64,000 nucleotides of DNA from Bdellovibrionota bacterium (GTDB lineage Bacteria > Bdellovibrionota_C > UBA2361 > JAAYZI01): positions 179,619-243,618 of the forward strand of contig JBMNIF010000001.1 in NCBI GenBank assembly GCA_050950765.1, given 5' to 3'. The notes under the pieces were generated by a model, which saw only the letters and a list, made by a program, of their open reading frames with translations, was not told the origin of the DNA and did not search any database. Shown piece after piece: positions 8,954 to 18,283 of the stretch (its first letter is position 1; every line of letters starts with the position of its first letter). Made by a program: the position numbers and the translations under genes.

Positions 8954-9681
8954 CTACACCTTAGTATTTAATATTTTATCGACAAAAATCTTCTGGTCAA
9001 TTTCTAATGCTTCTAAAATATCTTTTTGTTTTTTTGTTAATGGCTGTAGTAGCATGCTCAGATTTTCATTATCTATGCGTCTTATCATTTTAAGCGTTTC
9101 TAAAACTCTCTGAATGGTTTTTTCTACTTTTTTGTTATTATTATTTATAGTTCTTTGTAGGTCTGACCACATAATTAAGCTAAGAAAGGAAACGAAGCTT
9201 TTGCCGTCAGTAGTTTTTTCATTATGTGTTAGCATACGGTCATTATCCAATTCATTTTTTAAATTATCGAAAGCTTTCTCAATAAAGTCTCGTCGTGAAT
9301 AGATATGAAGTGCTTCTTGTGGTGTCATTGTTGAGTGGTTACTCAAAAAAGCAAAAACTCCTAGCATAGATAAGATATCGGTAATTTTTTCATGATCTCT
9401 TTCAAAACTTTCTAACTGCACTTCTTTCTTAGTTTTTATTTTGTAGTATTTAGAGTAGCGACTCATACTCATAGGCTTTTTCATTTCTTTTAGTTCATCT
9501 TCTAATCTGTCAATATGAGAGTAAAGAGTGCTCTCTTCCTCAGATGCACTTTTTGTATTTAAGTAAACGTAGAGAGAAAATTTTTCTCCATTTATCACAA
9601 TATCTTTTCTTACCCCATAACAATTTGTCCCAGATATGTGATTCCTAGAAGAGCGAAGAGTAACAGATACTTCCCTCATAG
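8954..9681 (-). pseudogene. C-terminal half of IS1634 transposase (split by IS3)
   Basis: YSRRDFIEKAFDNLKNEL (IS4-superfamily Y-R-E-K-like signature), GKSFVSFLSL, LTKKQKDIL as in the copy at 47.5 kb. Confidence 0.85.
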
Positions 9682-9730
9682 TGTTCTGCCTCTGATGGAA
9701 ATGGACTTTTGTCATGCCACAAAACCCTAG

Positions 9731-10693
9731 TTAACACACCTGAGCTTGTTGTTCAATGTTGTAGTTAGTAAGAGAGGGGTACCCCTCTCTTACTAACTTG
9801 CGATGTGCTCTAGCAGCTTCCAATTTGCTGTCTCGAGCTCTAAATATCTCCTCTTGCTTGTTATTCAATCTATCATTTGGTGTTATATAACCTAGCGCAC
9901 AATGTAACCGCTGATTGTTATATTCTTCGACAAACTTACTCACTATAGTTTTCGCATCATCAAGTGATACTGGAGTGTTAGGTCGTATCGCTTCTACTTT
10001 TAATGTCCCATTAAATCTCTCCATCTTACCGTTCGATTGTGGATAGAACGGTGATGTCTTGACGTGAGTCATACCAGATATCTTTATAAAATTCTTAAAC
10101 TCTTTTGAAATATAGGCTGAACCGTTATCTGAAATAATTCGCGGTCTTGCGTCTGGAAAACTTTCTCTAGCCTTTTGTAATACTACTTCAATATCTATTT
10201 CTTTCATCGATTCTCTAATGTCCCATGCAACTAAATACCGACTACATCCATCCAAAACTCCAATAAAATAGTAAAATGTGCCACAAATATTGATATATGA
10301 AACATCCGTATGCCAATGTTCATGCGGGTTAAGTGGTTGTTCAAATCCTGTCCCTTTCTTGCTTTTTAAACCATTCCAGCAACGCATTAAGCCAGCACTT
10401 TTCAATACTCTATAGGTCGTCGCAGGGGATACTGCCACAACATCTGCGTCAAGCATCATGTATGTTAATGCTCGATAACCTACTCTTGAGTGCTCTAAAT
10501 AATACTTAATAATAGCCTCCCTTTCACTGGGTAATAGCCAGTAATCTCTCGGAATTAGCCCGTTATGAAAGTTCTCTTTACCGTAATGTTTTTCCCAAGC
10601 ATAGTACTTGCTCCGTGTTATCCCTAACCTCTTTATAAACATCTCCCGCTTCATTTCTGATTTCTCTTGCCATTCATGTACAAAATCTATCAC
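9731..10693 (-). CDS. IS3-family OrfB, rve integrase-core DDE transposase (expressed as OrfAB fusion)
   Basis: WHTDVSYI, IISDNGSAY, PQSNGKMERFNGTLK, YNNQRLHCALGYITP. Confidence 0.92.
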   Translation of the reverse strand: MIDFVHEWQEKSEMKREMFIKRLGITRSKYYAWEKHYGKENFHNGLIPRDYWLLPSEREAIIKYYLEHSRVGYRALTYMMLDADVVAVSPATTYRVLKSAGLMRCWNGLKSKKGTGFEQPLNPHEHWHTDVSYINICGTFYYFIGVLDGCSRYLVAWDIRESMKEIDIEVVLQKARESFPDARPRIISDNGSAYISKEFKNFIKISGMTHVKTSPFYPQSNGKMERFNGTLKVEAIRPNTPVSLDDAKTIVSKFVEEYNNQRLHCALGYITPNDRLNNKQEEIFRARDSKLEAARAHRKLVREGYPSLTNYNIEQQAQVC

Positions 10694-10728
10694 CTCATCT
10701 CGTATTTGTGGCTCAACCCAACGCTTCG

Positions 10729-11034
10729 TTAAAGCTCCCCAAGCTTTTTTTTTAAATCTATATGAAGCCCCAAAAGCTCCGCTAGCGCAGAATCCTTCTT
10801 CGTTAGCTTCTTCTCCAAAATATCTATCCGTTCAGCTTGCTTCTTTTCTTCTTTCCTACCATTTTTATTCCGCTCAAAAATTTGGATAGCTCCCTCAAAT
10901 AATAGCTTCTGCCATTCATAAAATGTACTAATGTGTACGCCGTATTTATCGCATAAACTCGATAACGGCTTATTTCCTAATAAATGCTCCTTCAGTATCT
11001 TAACCTTATCTTCTGCACTAAAATGTTTTCCCAT
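10729..11034 (-). CDS. IS3-family OrfA (HTH)
   Basis: FSAEDKVKILKEHL...SSLCDKYGVHISTFYEWQK HTH followed by coiled coil. Confidence 0.9.
   Translation of the reverse strand: MGKHFSAEDKVKILKEHLLGNKPLSSLCDKYGVHISTFYEWQKLLFEGAIQIFERNKNGRKEEKKQAERIDILEKKLTKKDSALAELLGLHIDLKKKLGEL
10744..10753 (-). other. Programmed -1 frameshift slippery site (A9G, contains A-AAA-AAG)
   Basis: Minus strand TTA AAA AAA AAG CTT at the end of orfA; the -1 frame continues KAWGALTKRWVEPQIRDEVIDF into orfB. Confidence 0.8.
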
Positions 11035-11121
11035 TATTCACCCCATTAGTTAATATCACTCAGGCTATTATAGTAGCTTTTTTCAGCACCTCAAATGTCC
11101 ATTTCACGCTGAACCAGCACA

Positions 11122-12014
11122 ATAGTATCGTTGTAATTTTTCTGAGATTTAGGAACAGCTACGAGAAATTCTATTTGCTCTTTTTTTATATATTCTAAAT
11201 TTTCTTTTGTAATAAAACCTCTATCCAGAACATAAAATATATCATCAATACCTAAGTTTTTAGAGTATTCCATCATTGTTGTAAGAAAAACTTTATCAAC
11301 AACACTTCCACTGTAAAGAAAAAAACTTATTGGTAAATTGCTATCGGTAGCGTATAAAAGCCCGACATTTAGTTGTGGTAAATATTCTTTGTCTCTATTG
11401 TATCCATTCTCGGCAAGTGGCAAGTCTGCATAAGTAGAAAGGCTCGTAACATCATAAGCTACAGTCTCATTGTTTTTCATAGCATGGTTTTTCCACACAG
11501 AAAAAAACTTCATTTGATCTTGTTTGGTAATCGATGAAAAAAGCTCACTTGTCTTTTGCGAGGATAGAGATATGTTTTTAGGGGTAAGAGTATTTTGCAA
11601 AAAATTATCTATATTCATCATTACATTGCCTTCGCAAGCCATGTATAACGCAGTATAAAAGATATCTTCGTATTTATCGGGAAAGATTGTTTTTAAGCAT
11701 TTTAATAACCCTATAGCCTTAGCTCTCATTTTTAATGCGACTACGTGACCTGCGTCCCAAACAAAGCGAGAAGAAGCTAGATCAATAACGTCAGATGGCA
11801 TTGGATAATATTTTTTAAAGTTCTCATTAGGAATCATTCTTCCTTGTCTATCAGGGTCTATCTTTCCCACAATCACTTCATCACAAGTAGGTGTGCCGTT
11901 CTTATTACGACGATGACCAAGTACGTGATACACATACTTTACGTTTCCTTTGCTATCTTTTTTATACGAAATCTTTTTTTCTGGAATTGGAATTGAAATA
12001 TTTATTAAAGCCAT
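11122..12014 (-). pseudogene. N-terminal half of IS1634 transposase
   Basis: VAYDVTSLSTY (D1), NGYNRDKEYLPQLNVG, YVLDRGFIT (D2); joins in frame to 8954-9677 once IS3 and one TSD are removed. Confidence 0.88.
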
Positions 12015-12399
12015 TTTGTCTCCTATTTTTTACTGTCCCGTAGACTACGGAAACATGTCTACAGAACAAAAAATGTCAATGGTTTTTTAAAACTTTCATA
12101 AAAACTTAATTAAATAAATATGTTGGAGGAAATATAATATTAGAAAATCTAAATATGAAATTAAATTATTGATATGGACTACATAAAAAACGGGAATTTA
12201 GGTCGTTATTGTGGACGAAAAATTTTTTAGGTGCTTCAAGTGCGAAGTCGGGAAAAGTAGGTGCCACCCATCACCTAGAAGCAAGGTTAAAAATATAAAA
12301 AAAGGGCAGCACGTATTTTTTGTTTACGTACCGCCCTCTACATTCTATCACATAATTATATCTGCAAAGGTAATAAAAGCTCAATAAAACAGGGGTGTT

Positions 12400-12732
12400 T
12401 TAGCAGAAGGTATAATCTTCTTCCTCTTGGAAATCTGAATTAGCTGAAAGAGAACTCAAGATAGAACGTGCATCGTCACGAATCAGGGAAGAGAGGCTGT
12501 TAATCAGAGAAACATGTCTATTAACTTCGTCCCACTCCTGTCTGTTGATGTGCACGCACAGTTCGCCTGCCAAATTGCGCTGCTTTTGTAAGATCTCATC
12601 ATAAGAGTTTAACCGTTCTATTACTGCTAAAGCAGGATTCCCATTCTTTAGCAAAGTTGTTTTTGCACCGTTAATAGCGCTTTCTAATTCGGTAAGGGAT
12701 TGAAATAATCTGTCTATAATATTTTTTTGCAT
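12400..12732 (-). CDS. Hypothetical helical/coiled-coil protein
   Basis: 110-aa ORF with amphipathic heptad pattern and acidic C-terminus; no recognised motif. Confidence 0.65.
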   Translation of the reverse strand: MQKNIIDRLFQSLTELESAINGAKTTLLKNGNPALAVIERLNSYDEILQKQRNLAGELCVHINRQEWDEVNRHVSLINSLSSLIRDDARSILSSLSANSDFQEEEDYTFC

Positions 12733-13164
12733 AATCCACCCACAGTTAATTATCTTATAATCTTTTAGCTCAGTACTAATAATTTTAAAAACTAAAGTCT
12801 AATCTAACAGCAGCGACTGACAATCCCTTGTCGAATCCTCAAAAAATAAAGCGTTGTTTGTTCTGCGAATATCTAAGCAACGCTAAATATTTAATGAGGA
12901 ATGCTATCCATTGCGTGCGGTCTCGGAGTCATTTCAAAAAGCAAAAACTAGACCAAAACGTAACAGCTTGAATTCTTATCTCTAAGAGTATAAAGGTTGG
13001 AGCTTTTTAGACAATGGATATTTAAAATTTATTTTAGTATCCTGTAAAAACGGGGACTTGGCGGGGTGTCGTATCGATATACATAGTGTCGTTCTTTCAA
13101 ACACCTGCCGACTTTAGCTATGTTGCTTATATCGGTGATGTTATCGGAAAATAAAAGCAATAAA

Positions 13165-14517
13165 ATGGGTAAAAAAGAGCAGATCTTAGATAAATTGATG
13201 GCTATTAAAGCAGAAGGCGGGTGCCATCGCTGTGGAACTTGTGTCGGAGTCTGCCCGAGCGCAGCTCTTGGAATCGATTCAGATTGTTATCCGCAGATAA
13301 AAGACAGGAGCGCTTGTATCGGTTGTGGCAAGTGCTTAAAAGTCTGTCCTAGCTCTGATTTTGATTGTAATGCTTTTACGCAAAAAAAACACGAATATGA
13401 TTTTAACCTTACACACGGTTTTTTTGATTCTGCTATACTTGCGCATGCTACAAATAAAGTTATCAGAGAAACAGGATCTAGTGGTGGATTTGTTACGCAG
13501 ATACTATTGTCTTTATTAAATAGTGGTGAAATAGATGGCGCTTTAGTTGTGGGTAATCGAGAGAACGAAGAGCAGATCTGGAGTGGCAAGCCGCAAATCG
13601 CTAGAACAGCAGATCAGATTATCGCAGCAGCGCAATCAAAATACACCATTGCATCGACTAATTCTGTTCTTTCTGAGATTATTAAAGTTGATGGTAGGTA
13701 TGCTGCGGTCGGATTACCATGTCAGATTCAAGGGATAAAAAAAGCGATCTCTCTTGATAAGCGTCTAGCAGAAAGGATCGTGCTGACCATAGGGCTTTTT
13801 TGTCATTCTACATTAACTCCCGAAGCTTATAAAAGTGTCTGGGATATTTTAAAAATAGATGAAGCTCATCGTTTCATCCCAAGACTGGGGAAGCACCCTG
13901 GTACGCCGTATCTTGAAATGATTAATGGTGAAAAAAAACCGTTATATTTCCCCGAAAAAAAAGGATTTCGTCCTAATTCCACAGAGATGTTAAATGTCTT
14001 GTTTAGACTTTATACACAACAGCGCTGTTTCTTATGTCACGATGCCCTCTCAGAGTTTGCTGATATTTCAGTAGGAGATCCCTATCTGCCGGAACCGCAA
14101 GGAGTTTCTTTAAAAGATGGTTGGAGCTTTGCTTTAATTAGATCAGAACTCGGACGTAAAGCTTTAGATCTGTCACTGCAGCGAGGAGATATCGTTATAA
14201 AAGAGCTTAGCCAAGCTGAAGCATTAAAATGTAATGCTGTCATGATACGTGAGAAAAAGGATAGAGCTTATTATCAAATTAGGAAGAATCGGAGTGTTGG
14301 GAAGTTTTCACCAATCTATACGCAATCAGAAACAGATATCCCTTGTCTAAATAGAACTCAGAAAATAAAAGTAAAATTAAATCTTTTGTCACATTGGTTT
14401 TGTGTGCGTCCTGCTGGAAGAGATCGCGCGCTACGTTTCTTTTTGGGGAATGTTGGCTATCAATTTTTAAAATTGAACCATTATAGAAAAACTTTTGTTA
14501 AAAAATTTAAACGATAA
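13165..14517 (+). CDS. Coenzyme F420 hydrogenase beta-subunit (FrhB/FdhB)-like Fe-S protein
   Basis: Two CxxCxxCxxxCP ferredoxin motifs, SSGGFVT, VGLPCQ, IGLFC, RCFLC, ADISVGD; ATG 13165 preferred over 13120. Confidence 0.85.
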   Translation: MGKKEQILDKLMAIKAEGGCHRCGTCVGVCPSAALGIDSDCYPQIKDRSACIGCGKCLKVCPSSDFDCNAFTQKKHEYDFNLTHGFFDSAILAHATNKVIRETGSSGGFVTQILLSLLNSGEIDGALVVGNRENEEQIWSGKPQIARTADQIIAAAQSKYTIASTNSVLSEIIKVDGRYAAVGLPCQIQGIKKAISLDKRLAERIVLTIGLFCHSTLTPEAYKSVWDILKIDEAHRFIPRLGKHPGTPYLEMINGEKKPLYFPEKKGFRPNSTEMLNVLFRLYTQQRCFLCHDALSEFADISVGDPYLPEPQGVSLKDGWSFALIRSELGRKALDLSLQRGDIVIKELSQAEALKCNAVMIREKKDRAYYQIRKNRSVGKFSPIYTQSETDIPCLNRTQKIKVKLNLLSHWFCVRPAGRDRALRFFLGNVGYQFLKLNHYRKTFVKKFKR

Positions 14518-14540
14518 AAATCATTTAAGGTCAATGCAAC

Positions 14541-15335
14541 ATGACAACAGTTAATACAGATTTAAAAGAGTGGGCGATAAAATTATTTCAGAAATCACCC
14601 TTAAAACAGAATAAATATCGGATGATTACAGCTCTTTTGCCGAATTTATCGTCTGCAAAGTGTCTTGATGTCGGCTCTGATAATGGTGTGATTAGTATGC
14701 TGTTAAGAGAAAGAGGAGGTGAGTGGTGTAGTGCGGATCTACTTCCTGAAACGGTGCAATCAATCCGAAGCTTAGTTGAAAGTAACGTATATCAGATCGC
14801 AGATGGCGAGAAACTTCCTTTCTCCGACGCAAATTTTGATGGGGTTGTTGTGGTTGATATGCTTGAGCATCTGCAAAATGACCGCTTCTTTGTTGAAGAG
14901 ATCTATCGTATTTTAAAGCCTGCGGGGTGGGTAATATTTAATGTCCCGAATCCGAAAGAGGGGCTACTAAGAAAATTTCAATATCTAATTGGTCAAACGG
15001 ATGCAGCCCATGGACATCTTAGAGTAGGCTATACCAGTGCTCAGTTGCAATGCTTGATCTCTAAAAAGTTTGAAGTAGAGAAGCAACTTTCTTATTCCGG
15101 ATTTTTTTCGGTCTTAATTGATACGATACTGACATTTGCTTTAAGTTGCCTGAAAAAGGGAGGACGTGGGGAAAAAGGAACTATTGTTACGGGAGACGAT
15201 CTGGATAAGATGCAAAAAAGTTTCAAGCTCTACACCTTGATTTATCCGGTAGTAGCGTGTTTCGTTAAACTGGATAACGTTTTTTTAAGATCTCATAGAA
15301 ATATGCTGATTAGTTTATGTAAAAAATGTGATTAG
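14541..15335 (+). CDS. Class I SAM-dependent methyltransferase
   Basis: CLDVGSDNG motif I, LPFSDANFDGVVVVDMLEHL, RILKPAGW. Confidence 0.85.
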   Translation: MTTVNTDLKEWAIKLFQKSPLKQNKYRMITALLPNLSSAKCLDVGSDNGVISMLLRERGGEWCSADLLPETVQSIRSLVESNVYQIADGEKLPFSDANFDGVVVVDMLEHLQNDRFFVEEIYRILKPAGWVIFNVPNPKEGLLRKFQYLIGQTDAAHGHLRVGYTSAQLQCLISKKFEVEKQLSYSGFFSVLIDTILTFALSCLKKGGRGEKGTIVTGDDLDKMQKSFKLYTLIYPVVACFVKLDNVFLRSHRNMLISLCKKCD

Positions 15336-15456
15336 TTTTAATTTAGTAGAGTAATCGCTCGCACCTTTAGGGGCGCTGCCTTTTGCTAATATATTGATAT
15401 TATTAAGTTGCTGTAAACTTAAAGTTTGAATGCCTTAATTGTAAAGCGTTCAGCGC

Positions 15457-15617
15457 TGAAGGGCGGCACTTTTTACCTTCGTAAAAATCTAGCTAATTCG
15501 CTTTGCAGTTGCACCCCTTTTAACTGTTCTTAGAGGGTGGTGTTTCTACCTCCGTTAAAATCTAACCAATTCGTTTTTTAGTTGTAGCCCCTCAATCGTC
15601 ATTGGTGGGTGGCACCA
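15457..15617 (+). repeat. Degenerate core/module-A repeat cluster between methyltransferase and GT4
   Basis: GAAGGGCGGCAC, GAGGGTGGTG and TGGTGGGTGGCACCA (core 15607) separated by module-A-like spacers. Confidence 0.85.
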
Positions 15618-15620
15618 GAG

Positions 15621-16766
15621 TTACAGGTTTTGCAATAGTTTCTTTGCCGTTCTTTCCCAAGTGAATTTTTGCAGAACCAGCTCTTTAAGCTTTTTTATAG
15701 CTGTAATCTTATTTTTATTGTTTATAGCCTTTTTTAATCCAGCATAGATGCTTTCTTGTGTATTGTCATTCAACACAATCCCGTAAGTATCATCTAAAAT
15801 TAGATCTTCAACATTACAAGCTTTTGTACAAACTACATAGCTTTCACAGATTGCAGCCTCTAATAAAACACTAGCAAACCCTTCAGAGTCACTGGGAAGA
15901 CAAAAAATATCTGTCTGATGTTGTAAAATAATACATTCTTCAAAAGAAAGTGACCCTAATACAATTATATTTTTATTGGCTTTTGCTTTTATCGTAGGAT
16001 ATAGAACGCCATCTCCGGCGATAAAAAGAAAAATATTTTTATTTTCTTCACTTAATTTCTGGAAAGCTGCTAACAATTGAAGAATCCCCTTAAATTTAAA
16101 CAATCTCCCGATAAAACTTATTACTATTGCTTCTTTAGGAAGATGAAATTCGTCTCTAAAATTTCTTTTTCTTTTTGTTAATATATCTTCGATAGCATGA
16201 CTATCAACGCAGTTTGGTAGTACACCCTGTCCCGTAATAGCAAAATGGTTCAACCATCTTTTCCCACCCGCAGAAACCGCACAGAAATTTTTACAGTAGC
16301 GTTTAAGTAAAGAGGTAATGCAGTGTTCGTAAAGATTAGTAGCAAGATCCAGTAAGCGATTATTAAATGTTAAATGCGCTGATCCGTGTTCTATCACTAG
16401 GCATTTAATGTTGTTTTTATAAGCTAAATAAGCCATAAGCAATGATTGTAAATAAAATCTGCAATTAATGACCATTGAATCAAAGCGAGCATCTTTTATC
16501 TGCTTTATCAATAGAAAAGATTTTGCACACGGATAAGGGATCGGGAAACGACCATGTATTAACATCAAACTTTTTAAACGGTAAAAAGAGATATCTTTAT
16601 CTTTTTCATCAAGAGAATAGTTATCACAATTCGTTGTGACAACAGTAATGTGATGTCCCATTTTTGTTAATTCAGAAGCTATGGATTGAGAATATTTACC
16701 AACTCCTCCTGTATATGGAGGATAATGTACAGTTGATATGCAGATCTTTTTCCTATCTTTTTTCAC
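15621..16766 (-). CDS. Glycosyltransferase family 4
   Basis: YPPYTGGVGKY, FIGRLFKFKG, LPSDSEGFASVLLEAA (E-x7-E), FTWERTA. Confidence 0.88.
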   Translation of the reverse strand: MKKDRKKICISTVHYPPYTGGVGKYSQSIASELTKMGHHITVVTTNCDNYSLDEKDKDISFYRLKSLMLIHGRFPIPYPCAKSFLLIKQIKDARFDSMVINCRFYLQSLLMAYLAYKNNIKCLVIEHGSAHLTFNNRLLDLATNLYEHCITSLLKRYCKNFCAVSAGGKRWLNHFAITGQGVLPNCVDSHAIEDILTKRKRNFRDEFHLPKEAIVISFIGRLFKFKGILQLLAAFQKLSEENKNIFLFIAGDGVLYPTIKAKANKNIIVLGSLSFEECIILQHQTDIFCLPSDSEGFASVLLEAAICESYVVCTKACNVEDLILDDTYGIVLNDNTQESIYAGLKKAINNKNKITAIKKLKELVLQKFTWERTAKKLLQNL

Positions 16767-16943
16767 AAATTACGGCACTATTAAAATTATGCAGTATGTA
16801 TAAAATTACTTTTCTTTTTCATCAAAATTACATTTTTTTAGTAAACTTACTAGCTAAAGAATATTTTCATTATGATTATTCGTGCCAGAGGCTAATTTCG
16901 TTAACAATTTCAATATGGCAATTGGCAAGAGCATGGGCATCCT

Positions 16944-17102
16944 TGAAGGGTGGCACTTTTTACCTTCGTAAAAATCTAGCTAATTCGCTTTGCAGTTGCA
17001 CCCCTTTTAACTGTTCTTAGAGGGTGGTGTTTCTACCTTCGTTAAAATCTAGCTAATTCGCTTTGCAGTTGCAGCCCGCTCAATTGTCACTGAAGGGTGG
17101 CG
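16944..17102 (+). repeat. Degenerate core/module-A repeat cluster; first 108 bp is a direct repeat of 15457-15564
   Basis: 16944-17051 vs 15457-15564: 2 mismatches by manual alignment. Confidence 0.9.
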
Positions 17103-17107
17103 TTAAG

Positions 17108-17584
17108 TTACCAGTTATGTTGCCATGAAATAGTGATGGAAAGATTGTGAGTTTTTGAATCTATTGTAACTATATTTATGGCGTTGCTGGAGTCTACTTT
17201 GTCTATTGTAAAAGAAGTTGGATGCGGATCTACTTCGTAGATAGCAAGGCGATAGAAATTTTTTGTACTTTCATCAAGGACGTTTTTTTCTTGAAGCTTA
17301 GCAAATAAACTTTTGTCGAGTAAGGTAGATGAAGGTGTCTCTGTTTTCGCATCACCTTTCATTACTACTGATGCAAGGAGAGAGTCCGCTTTCTGTTCTG
17401 ATTTTTTAACGGTCAGTATATTGTCAAAATTAAGTGCATCCGAAGTAGCAAAGGTATCTGTGACAAATAACAGTAAAACCATTAATGTAAAAAAAGTCGA
17501 CGTGAACAGTATGCTTAAACACCTCATAGCTTTCACTCCTACCGACAACACTACAAGCAAAAGAGTAAGATCTACTTCCCTCAA
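17108..17584 (-). CDS. Hypothetical, probably exported protein (start may be internal, e.g. MRCLSIL)
   Basis: Hydrophobic N-terminal stretch ending TDTFA, a signal-peptide-like cleavage site. Confidence 0.55.
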   Translation of the reverse strand: MREVDLTLLLVVLSVGVKAMRCLSILFTSTFFTLMVLLLFVTDTFATSDALNFDNILTVKKSEQKADSLLASVVMKGDAKTETPSSTLLDKSLFAKLQEKNVLDESTKNFYRLAIYEVDPHPTSFTIDKVDSSNAINIVTIDSKTHNLSITISWQHNW

Positions 17585-17787
17585 TGAGCGGAACAGCCGC
17601 TTTAAAACCTCGTCAATTATTGCTTTGTACTTGATGTTTTGGCGTGTTTTTTAGAGGTAGAAAAGAATGTGCCAAGCGATGAAATGGTAATTTTGTAATA
17701 AAACTAAGATCTTATCTTAGAAAGAGCTAAGATATTTTTTAAGAAAAAGCACCTAACTTCCGAGCTCAAATACTACTAGGCTAGCTA

Positions 17788-18270
17788 GAGGGTGGCATTT
17801 TTAACCCCCGTCAAAATCTAGCTGATTCGTTTTGCAGTCGCAGCCTGTTCAATCGTCCCTGAAGGGTGGCACCAGTGACAGCCAGCTACAAAGAAGGGTG
17901 GCACCAGATCTGCCGAATTTTGGATTTTTGCTAATGTCTTGATATTATTAGATGTTATGATTTTGAAGTTTGGATGTCCTATTTACGAAGCGTCTGCAAC
18001 GCTGAAGGGTGGCACCAAATTTTATCCCGTCTTAGTGAAGGGTGGCACCAGTGACAGCCAGCTACAAAGAAGGGTGGCACCAGATCTGTCGAATTTTGGA
18101 TTTTTGCTAATGTCTTGATATTATTAGATGTTATGATTTTGAAGTTTGGATGTCCTATTTGCAAAGCGTCTGCAACGCTGAAGGGTGGCACCAAATTTTT
18201 GACCTTCGTGAAAACTTAACCAATTCGCTTTTCAATATCAGCCCGCTCTGTTGTCCTTAGAAGGTGGCAA
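17788..18270 (+). repeat. Tandem core array (6 perfect plus 2 degenerate cores)
   Basis: Cores at 17864, 17896, 18007, 18040, 18072, 18183; spacings 32,111,33,32,111. Confidence 0.95.
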
Positions 18271-18283
18271 ATTTCTCAAAAAA

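Larger units (their letters stand above)
9682..11121 (-). mobile_element. IS3-family insertion sequence, 1440 bp
   Basis: TG...CA ends with imperfect IRs (TGTGCTGGTTCAGCGTGAAATGGACATTTG vs TGTTCTGCCTCTGATGGAAATGGACTTTTG); 4-bp TSD ATAG at 9678-9681 and 11122-11125; orfA/orfB in -1 arrangement. Confidence 0.9.
8930..12202 (-). mobile_element. IS1634-family insertion sequence (copy 1), interrupted by an IS3-family element
   Basis: 18-bp perfect terminal inverted repeats CCTAAATTCCCGTTTTTT at 8930-8947 and 12185-12202; 1829 bp after removing the nested IS plus one TSD; no flanking TSD seen. Confidence 0.85.

Noticed and set aside
9710-11093. Inner TG...CA pair as the IS3 boundaries
   Set aside because: It gives no TSD and leaves 19 extra codons in the IS1634 protein; the outer ends 9682/11121 give better IRs, an ATAG TSD and a clean ORF.
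13058-13072. ops/JUMPstart element before the FrhB-like gene
   Set aside because: Only GGCGG matches; the TAG of GGCGGTAG is absent.
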